Shown here: positions 57,519 to 64,000 of the stretch, in pieces
How positions within the stretch are numbered: the stretch's first letter is position 1
How the letters are laid out: each line of letters begins with the position of its first letter
Origin: Candidatus Hadarchaeota archaeon
Lineage (GTDB): Archaea > Hadarchaeota > Hadarchaeia > Hadarchaeales > JAGGTB01
Assembly: GCA_964384105.1 (NCBI GenBank)
Contig: CAYLJV010000002.1
Coordinates: forward strand, 648-64,647
Length of the DNA stretch: 64,000 bases
Direction: 5' to 3'
Program-made: the position numbers and the translations under genes
Notes under the pieces: generated by a model
The model's input: only the letters and a program-made list of their open reading frames with translations
What the model was told of the DNA's origin: nothing
Database searches by the model: none

Positions 57519-58439
57519 TTGGGAGACCCTAAAATGTTCCTAGAAGTCATCTTACCGATCCTAGTACTACTCGTTGTAGGTCTAATAGGCAGAAAAATAA
57601 ACCTGATTACACCCTGGATAGTAAAAGTTCTCAACAAAGTTGCGTTCTACATAGGGCTACCCGCCTTGGTCTTTTATTCGATATACTCGAGAACACTTGC
57701 AGAAATATTCTCTCCATTCCTGATTCTGGGGTTTTTTGCAACACTTTTCGCTATGTTCGGAATAGGATGGATCACATTCAAAGGTGTAAAAGACAAAGCG
57801 AAAAAGAGCATATCTATAGCTCAATCCTATCATGGTAATCTCGGTTATATGGGACTCCCGATAGTGACTATGGCGTTTGGAGATATAGCAGGAGCAAAGG
57901 CCAGTCTACTATTAGGGCTTGGCTCCACCACACAGATACCCCTAACTATAATCTTGTTAGTACATCTCAACAGTATAAGAACAGATACCTCCCATAAAAT
58001 AGAACAGGTCGCCACCAATCCGATTTTAATAGCCCTCATTTTGGGCCTCATATTCTCCTTTTTCAGCATACCTATAGCAGGCACTCTTGATAGTCTCCTC
58101 GCTTTCTTATCCGAAATGGCTCTTCCAATAGCGTTACTGGCAGTAGGAGCCTCTATAAGCATAGATAAACTAGGAGGGAAATTACGGTCTGTTTCCGGCG
58201 TAGTCGGTTCAAAACTAGTCCTAATGCCGTTCTTGGGATGTATTATACTTTCGATACTAGGGGTGGGAGCAATGGACCTAAGAGCTGGCGTATTAATGCT
58301 GGGAATGCCTACAGCCGTATCTACATTCATATATGCGAAGGAACTAGGAGGGGACCCAGAACTCGCCTCTCTCAGCGTTTCTATGACTACCGTGCTCTCT
58401 ATAATTTCCATTTCAGTGTTACTGATAATCTTCGGCTGA
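57519..58439 (+). CDS. AEC-family (auxin efflux carrier-like) membrane transporter
   Basis: About 10 TM with two-repeat topology. Confidence 0.6.
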   Translation: MGDPKMFLEVILPILVLLVVGLIGRKINLITPWIVKVLNKVAFYIGLPALVFYSIYSRTLAEIFSPFLILGFFATLFAMFGIGWITFKGVKDKAKKSISIAQSYHGNLGYMGLPIVTMAFGDIAGAKASLLLGLGSTTQIPLTIILLVHLNSIRTDTSHKIEQVATNPILIALILGLIFSFFSIPIAGTLDSLLAFLSEMALPIALLAVGASISIDKLGGKLRSVSGVVGSKLVLMPFLGCIILSILGVGAMDLRAGVLMLGMPTAVSTFIYAKELGGDPELASLSVSMTTVLSIISISVLLIIFG

Positions 58440-58507
58440 TCAAAACTAAAATTCAATTGTGGAAAAATCGAAAATCTTTAACTTATAGAAAAAGGGAGAA
58501 TATTCAG

Positions 58508-59875
58508 GTGGTCCAAATAGGAGAATTATTCGGCACCTTTGGAATAAGAAAAATCGCAAATAAAGAACTATCACCAGAGCTCGCCTACGAGCTTGGACTG
58601 GCCCTAGCTACTCACCTTGGGGGAAATGGAAATGTAGCTGTAGGTTATGATCCCCGAACTAGTAGTGTTATGCTAGAACATGCAATTGTCAGTGGAATAA
58701 ATTCTGGAGGTTGTGATGCAATTAGACTTGGAATGGTTCCGACTCCCGTACTTTCCTTCGGAACAAAGCATTTTTCCTGCGACGCTGGGATAATGATAAC
58801 CGCTTCACATAACCCACCGGAATATAATGGAGTCAAATTTTGGGATGAAGATGGAGCCGGATTTGTTAGAGAACTCGAAGGAAAAATAGAGAAAATAGTC
58901 TCGGAAGGGGGTAAACCCGTAAGCTGGGATAAAATAGGAAACTCCGAAAAATTCAACGCCTTGGCACCTTACAAAGAAAAGATTATTGAAAGAGTCCCCG
59001 AGTTTGAGAAAAAACTGAAAGTAGTTTTGGACTGTGCAAACGGTGCAGGTTGTGTAATCTCACCGCATATCCTAAGAGAACTCGGATGCAAAGTGGTGAC
59101 CTTAAATTCCCAACCCGATGGACACTTCCCCGGCCGTGCTCCCGAACCAACTCCCGAAAATATTCAAGATCTGTCAAAGGCCGTAGTCTCTATGGATGCA
59201 GACCTAGGTATTGCACATGACGGCGATGCAGATAGGACTATCATAGTTGATGAGAAGGGTGAAGTTCTGACAGGAGATAGGGTCTTCGCACTTGCGGCGA
59301 TAAATTATCTTCAGGAGAAGAACAAGCCTAGAATAGTGACTCCTGTAGCTACTAGCTCCCTAATCGATGATGTAGCAAATAAACTGAACGGGAAAGTCGT
59401 GAGAACAAAAGTGGGAGAACCTGAACTCGTTAGAGAAATCAGAGACGGCGGAGGAGATATAGCAGGAGAGGAAAACGGAGGCGTTATCTACCCAGACTGG
59501 GCATTTTGTAGAGAAGGAATTATGACCGCCATCCAATTCATAGATTACATGGCAAGAACCGGAAAAACCGTATCCGAGTTAAATGAGACTCTTCCCCAAT
59601 ACTATCAATCGAAAAAGAAAGTAGAATGCCCAAACGATTTGAAAAAGACCGTTCTCAAGGATCTAGCAGAAAAACTGGATGATCACAATATCGACAAAAC
59701 CGATGGGTTAAGAATAGTCTTCGAAGAGGGCTGGCTGTTACTGAGACCCTCCGGTACCGAGCCCATATTCAGATGTTTTTCAGAAGCAAAGTCTGAGGAA
59801 AAAGTAAAAGAACTATCAGAAAAAGGAATGAAACTCCTCAAAGAAAGCGTAAAAGAAGCGAAAAAGAAAAAATAG
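58508..59875 (+). CDS. Phosphohexomutase (phosphoglucosamine mutase / phosphomannomutase, GlmM/ManB-like)
   Basis: 'GIMITASHNPPEYNGVKF' active-site Ser loop and 'GIAHDGDADR' metal-binding loop. GTG start 58508 is preferred over the long upstream ORF. Confidence 0.75.
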   Translation: MVQIGELFGTFGIRKIANKELSPELAYELGLALATHLGGNGNVAVGYDPRTSSVMLEHAIVSGINSGGCDAIRLGMVPTPVLSFGTKHFSCDAGIMITASHNPPEYNGVKFWDEDGAGFVRELEGKIEKIVSEGGKPVSWDKIGNSEKFNALAPYKEKIIERVPEFEKKLKVVLDCANGAGCVISPHILRELGCKVVTLNSQPDGHFPGRAPEPTPENIQDLSKAVVSMDADLGIAHDGDADRTIIVDEKGEVLTGDRVFALAAINYLQEKNKPRIVTPVATSSLIDDVANKLNGKVVRTKVGEPELVREIRDGGGDIAGEENGGVIYPDWAFCREGIMTAIQFIDYMARTGKTVSELNETLPQYYQSKKKVECPNDLKKTVLKDLAEKLDDHNIDKTDGLRIVFEEGWLLLRPSGTEPIFRCFSEAKSEEKVKELSEKGMKLLKESVKEAKKKK

Positions 59876-59877
59876 TA

Positions 59878-60318
59878 TCAGAGATCTTTTTCCGAAATAA
59901 CTTCTATCCCATTTCTTCTAAGAAGCGCCGCAGTTACCCCCATCCCCTTCTCTTTCTCAGTAAAACTCTTAGGAAATTTAGAAGAACCACAAGAAGGACT
60001 TTCACTCTTCAAAATGGCCTTATTTATCCCGTATATCTCCGCTATTTTGAGAGTTTCTTCAGCACCCCTAACGAACTTCATAGTAACATCTCCCCACCCC
60101 CTCATAATCACCTTCCCCTCTCCGTCCAAAACCTTCTCTCCACCCTCTGGTACTATGGAAGGATCTCTAGGAGTAGGGAGTCCTCCAAGCTGTTCGGGAC
60201 AGACCGGAATAGCGCACTCTCCTTCCTTCTTCAGCATCTCGAGCAGTTTCTCATTCCTATTATTTTCACTATCGTATCTACAATTGATGCCCATTAAACA
60301 AGCGCTAACTAGTATCAT
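59878..60318 (-). CDS. DUF523-family protein (TudS-like [4Fe-4S] thiouracil desulfurase family)
   Basis: 'ILVSACLMGINCRYDSEN' is the DUF523 N-terminal signature. Confidence 0.6.
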   Translation of the reverse strand: MILVSACLMGINCRYDSENNRNEKLLEMLKKEGECAIPVCPEQLGGLPTPRDPSIVPEGGEKVLDGEGKVIMRGWGDVTMKFVRGAEETLKIAEIYGINKAILKSESPSCGSSKFPKSFTEKEKGMGVTAALLRRNGIEVISEKDL

Positions 60319-60368
60319 TCAATTACAGTTTCCTCTTCATAAGTAAATAAAAGATTACCAGTTAGATC

Positions 60369-61292
60369 CTATTTTTCTATCTCCATTACTCTACAAAACT
60401 TACACACTCTAGTAGCAGTTGGATAACCACAATTCTCACAATTTCGGATTCCTTCCTTATCTCTTCCCATTTTCTCCTCGATTCTTATAAACGACTTAGC
60501 AAAGTTCCGCAATATCCCAGGTTTATCTGAATCTAACTTATGTAACCATTCTTTCAGCTCGTTTGTTGGAGACTCAAGACTGAGCGGACATACTCCATGA
60601 TAGTAAGGAAGGTCGTTAGTTTCAGCATAAACAAGACATTCCCGGTCCTTCAAAAAATAAAGAGGTTTGACCCTTGCAGCCATTTTATATTCTTCTATCT
60701 CCTCCAAAACAGGTTTCAATCCTCTGAAAGGAGTCAGATAAACATTTGCCAAGTTGTTAAAAGTAGAAGTGACTTGATCACTCAGATTATGCCCAGTACA
60801 AACGTAATCAAAGCCATTTTCGTAAGCGAACTTGTTCATTAAATATCTCTTAATCATTCCACAAAGGCCACACGATTTACCTTTACGTTCATTATTAACT
60901 TCGGGAATGGTTTTTCCGTACTCTTCCTTCAGGTCAATAACGTTAAAATCCAGATCGAGATAATCGCTTAACTGCTCACTTACTTCCAAAGACTCTTCTG
61001 AATAACTACCGATCCCAAGATCAATATGAAAGAGCTCGACATCTATACGATCGTAATGGGTTAACGTCTCCGCGCAGACACTCGAATCCTTTCCAGCAGA
61101 TAAAGCTACTGCAATCTTCCCGCTAACCTCATATTTATCTAGAACTTTTCCTACCTGGGCCAAAAAATATCTTCTGAAATGGTTGGCACAATATTTTTTA
61201 TTCTTCCACTTAATTTCCACAACGGCCGATTCTTGACAGTTTGAACAATTCATACCTCTTTCTAAACCTCGTAGTTTGAAAAATAGTATCAA
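60369..61292 (-). CDS. TtuA/NcsA-like PP-loop tRNA thiolation ATPase with N- and C-terminal zinc fingers
   Basis: 'IAVALSAGKDSSVC' PP-loop with CxxC...CxxH N-terminal and CxxC..CxxC C-terminal fingers. Confidence 0.65.
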   Translation of the reverse strand: MILFFKLRGLERGMNCSNCQESAVVEIKWKNKKYCANHFRRYFLAQVGKVLDKYEVSGKIAVALSAGKDSSVCAETLTHYDRIDVELFHIDLGIGSYSEESLEVSEQLSDYLDLDFNVIDLKEEYGKTIPEVNNERKGKSCGLCGMIKRYLMNKFAYENGFDYVCTGHNLSDQVTSTFNNLANVYLTPFRGLKPVLEEIEEYKMAARVKPLYFLKDRECLVYAETNDLPYYHGVCPLSLESPTNELKEWLHKLDSDKPGILRNFAKSFIRIEEKMGRDKEGIRNCENCGYPTATRVCKFCRVMEIEK

Positions 61293-61333
61293 TACGTATA
61301 TAATTACTATCTAATTTTTCCTACAGTGAAAGT

Positions 61334-62371
61334 TCAATACCCCGAGCGATTTGTATATTCACCAACAAAATTTACGTTTCTACCACATTTAGGGCATCTA
61401 CTATCCTCTAGATTATACTCAGAGATCGAAAATCCATATCTGGAAACGAGAAGCTCCCCACACTCAGGACAGTATGTGTTATCTGCCTCGTGTCCTGGGA
61501 CATTACCGATATAAACGTGTTTCAAACCCTCCTCCTTCGCTATTTTCAAAGCCATCTCAAGGGTCTCAACCGGGGTGGAAGATTTATCAGACATTTTATA
61601 GGTTGGATGAAAACGACTAAAGTGAACGGGTACATAAGGGCTCACACTCTCAGCTATCCATCTACACATGTTTCTTATTTGGCTTGGATCATCATTCTCC
61701 TCTGGAATCACTAGATTGGTAATTTCTAAGTGGACACCGTTTTCTACAGCCCACACACAGGTTTCTTTAACCGGTTCAACACTGGGGACCCCACAGATAT
61801 TTTTATAAAATTCATCGTTGAAAGCTTTCAGATCAACATTCATGCCATCCAAATAAGGCTTTAGTTCTTTCCAAGCGTCTAAATTCATGTAACCATTGGT
61901 AACGAAGACGTTGTAAAGACCACTCTCTTTGGCAAGTTTCGAGGTGTCCAAAGCGTACTCAAACCAAACCACCGGTTCAGCGTAAGTATACGCAATCCCC
62001 TGGCAGTTCGTTTCTTTTGCCATTTCAACTGCCCTTTCGGACCCTATTTCCTCAGTTCCTATTTCTTCTACACTCGCCTGCGAGATACCCCAATTTTGAC
62101 AGTGTTTACACTCGAAATTACACCCGGCAGTACTCATAGAAAATGCTTTGCTTCCCGGATAAAAATGATACAGAGGTTTTTTCTCAATAGGGTCAGGATT
62201 TGCCGAGGTAGCCAATCCATAATTAATGGAATAGAGCTCACCATCAATGTTTTTTCTTGACCTGCAAAATCCTAAAGATCCAACTGAAATAATGCAATTG
62301 CGGTCACAGAGCAAACACTTCACATTATTTTCCCCAGGACCATTCTCCCAAAATTTGGCTAATTTTCTCAT
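61334..62371 (-). CDS. Radical SAM enzyme (PFL-activase-like, AmmeMemoRadiSam-type)
   Basis: 'CNFECKHCQNW' CxxxCxxC cluster motif plus extra N- and C-terminal Cys pairs. Confidence 0.65.
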   Translation of the reverse strand: MRKLAKFWENGPGENNVKCLLCDRNCIISVGSLGFCRSRKNIDGELYSINYGLATSANPDPIEKKPLYHFYPGSKAFSMSTAGCNFECKHCQNWGISQASVEEIGTEEIGSERAVEMAKETNCQGIAYTYAEPVVWFEYALDTSKLAKESGLYNVFVTNGYMNLDAWKELKPYLDGMNVDLKAFNDEFYKNICGVPSVEPVKETCVWAVENGVHLEITNLVIPEENDDPSQIRNMCRWIAESVSPYVPVHFSRFHPTYKMSDKSSTPVETLEMALKIAKEEGLKHVYIGNVPGHEADNTYCPECGELLVSRYGFSISEYNLEDSRCPKCGRNVNFVGEYTNRSGY

Positions 62372-62500
62372 CTTAGTTATAAATAGAAACTTTTCAACAC
62401 TTTAATCTTAACTTTCATAATCTTTCAAAGCTATATCCCAGAAAAATCTTAAGTAGCTTAATACATATTAAGTAACTTAATAAAAGCGAAGGATCGAAAC

Positions 62501-63583
62501 ATGGCAGATGAAACCACACAAATACCAGTTAGAAAAGCGACTAGGCAAAAACTGAGGAATATAAGCACTAAGGGGGAAACCTACGACAAGCTGATTAACA
62601 AATTGATAACTATAAGAAAAAAGTTTGAAGATGAAGACATTGTCAGACGGTGGTTCGAGAATAATTTCGAAACCCTCGGTTTTACCGAAATAAAGGAAAA
62701 TGAAAACTCAATTTCCTCAGATTACATCGGGATAAAAAACGGAACAAAAAAAAGGATAAAAATAGAACCGCTTTCGAGCAATTTCATTAAAAAAGGCCAC
62801 GACTTCAAGGAAGTAGACCTCATAATCTGTATCCTAGCAGAAGAAAAACTTCCTATAGAAACAATAGAGATAACAGATATTTTATTCAAAAACGGAATTC
62901 CATCCATCAAAAGGAAAGACTACGAATACAAAGAAACTCTCCTTCTTTCAGAATTACTCCAAATGAATGCAAACAGAAAACCTTGTAAAATAAATTTGGC
63001 GGAACTAGCTGAGAAGATTGAAATTAATGAGGAAGCAGTTTCCAACTTGCTTGCGGAACTTTCAAAAAAAGATCTAATCGAATTTCCCGAGGGTAAAGAA
63101 AAACAAATTTTGAAAATAACTGAAAAAGGTATCGAGCACTTAAAATCTCTTCGAGATAGAATAACCGAATCCCTAGAGAAATCACTTAAAGAACTGGAGA
63201 TGGTAGGGACTTTAGTCTGTGGATTTGGAGAAGGTAGCTATTATGTAAAACAAGAGAAATATAGAAAACAATTCAGAGAAAAACTGGGATTTGATCCTTA
63301 TCCCGGAACTCTGGATCTCAAGCTTAATAAAGAATCATTATTAATCAAAGAGAAGCTGGAAAAACTACAAGGAGAAAAAATAGAAGGATTTAAATCCGAA
63401 GAGAGAAGCTTCGGAGAAGTAGAATGCTTCCCTGCAAAGATAAACTCAGAAAAAGCAGCTATCGTTCTACCCTCTCGCACTCATCACGAAAAAGATGTAA
63501 TAGAGATAATCTCACCTGTAAAAATTCGAGATAAATACAATTTAGAAGAGGGAGACGAAATTAAAGTCGAGGTCAAAATATGA
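62501..63583 (+). CDS. ribK: CTP-dependent riboflavin kinase (archaeal RibK) fused to an N-terminal wHTH and an additional ~140-aa N-terminal extension
   Basis: 'DPYPGTLDLKLNKE' archaeal RibK PGTLN motif, preceded by a wHTH ('INLAELAEKIEINEEAVSNLLAELSKKDLIEF'). The N-terminus shares 'KGETYDKLINKLI' with the 28376 antitoxin. Confidence 0.55.
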   Translation: MADETTQIPVRKATRQKLRNISTKGETYDKLINKLITIRKKFEDEDIVRRWFENNFETLGFTEIKENENSISSDYIGIKNGTKKRIKIEPLSSNFIKKGHDFKEVDLIICILAEEKLPIETIEITDILFKNGIPSIKRKDYEYKETLLLSELLQMNANRKPCKINLAELAEKIEINEEAVSNLLAELSKKDLIEFPEGKEKQILKITEKGIEHLKSLRDRITESLEKSLKELEMVGTLVCGFGEGSYYVKQEKYRKQFREKLGFDPYPGTLDLKLNKESLLIKEKLEKLQGEKIEGFKSEERSFGEVECFPAKINSEKAAIVLPSRTHHEKDVIEIISPVKIRDKYNLEEGDEIKVEVKI

Positions 63584-64000
63584 GTATAAATGATTCAATT
63601 GAGCAAATAAAAAATGGAGGATTCGTGCTAATACACGACTCTTCGAAAAGAGAAAACGAAACTGACATGGTATTTGCTGCCGAACATGCTCAACACCCAC
63701 ATATAGCAAAACTAAGACAAGATGCAGGAGGGCTGATCTGCGTTTCTGTACACCCAAAAGTAGCTGAAAAAATAAAGATTCCATATCTAGCCGATATATA
63801 CAAATCCGCGGTATTTGATTTCAAAATATTGAACTCTGCGGAAGCAGACGATATCCCATACGACGAAAGATCGGCTTTTTCAATATCCGTAAATCACAGA
63901 GAAACATTCACAGGAATAACCGACATCGATAGAGCCTTAACGATAAGAGAGCTAGGAAAGCTAAGCAAAAGGGCTCTTAAAGAAAACTTCTCGAATAACT
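63580..64000 (+). CDS. ribB: 3,4-dihydroxy-2-butanone 4-phosphate synthase, 3' end outside the window
   Basis: 'GGFVLIHDSSKRENETDMVFAAEHA' DHBP synthase signature. ATGA overlap with the ribK stop. Confidence 0.75.
   Translation, partial: MSINDSIEQIKNGGFVLIHDSSKRENETDMVFAAEHAQHPHIAKLRQDAGGLICVSVHPKVAEKIKIPYLADIYKSAVFDFKILNSAEADDIPYDERSAFSISVNHRETFTGITDIDRALTIRELGKLSKRALKENFSNN

Noticed and set aside
1-64000. Search for CRISPR arrays, transposases, integrases or IS elements
   Set aside because: No regularly spaced short repeats and no ORFs with DDE/tyrosine-recombinase hallmarks were seen. The only conspicuous repeats are the ~90-bp pair at 17.2/18.0 kb.

Overview
This 64 kb window reads as an archaeal chromosomal segment. 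A group II chaperonin (thermosome) is present, Shine-Dalgarno sites (GGAGGTGA) are frequent, and the COG1900/NIL-ferredoxin homocysteine genes seen in methanogen-like anaerobes are present. Only a single 59-aa ORF looks spurious on both strands, so genes are dense.

Main regions:
- About 1-16 kb and 42.6-43.8 kb: an AT-rich surface-glycan / nucleotide-sugar locus. It holds several GT4 glycosyltransferases, a Wzx-like flippase, a methyltransferase, an epimerase, a sugar-1-P nucleotidyltransferase and a UgdH-like dehydrogenase. It is interspersed with five paralogous small cytoplasmic alkaline-phosphatase-superfamily proteins of two subtypes.
- About 16.3-23.2 kb and 26-29 kb: a toxin-antitoxin / defence-like island. 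It has a ParB/Srx-domain protein, four PIN (VapC-like) modules, a RelE/ParE pair, two DUF4258-DUF2283 pairs and a minimal nucleotidyltransferase. Nearly identical ~90 bp direct repeats flank the first DUF4258-DUF2283 pair.
- Housekeeping genes: glmS, thermosome, MATE and MFS/MarR efflux, a GlmM-like mutase, IMPase/FBPase, CBS proteins, the homocysteine-biosynthesis pair, tRNA-Arg(TCT), a DUF523 / TtuA-like / radical-SAM sulfur cluster, and ribK-ribB.

Most unusual signal: a translationally coupled operon of a small RHH protein, CysD, CysN and an AP-superfamily protein (sulfate activation by CysD/CysN, rare in archaea, in an archaeal window). Two small RHH proteins and an unlinked AP-superfamily paralogue carry the same C-terminal acidic + K/R-L-K/R-x-L-G-Y-(M/L/F)-(D/E) tail that ends CysD itself. 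This suggests a shared docking motif and a possible novel glycan sulfation/modification system.

Also noted: a -1 frameshift in the epimerase inside a G run, a GT gene with no start codon, and a start-codon anomaly in the DUF39 gene. These may be real pseudogenisation or homopolymer sequencing errors.
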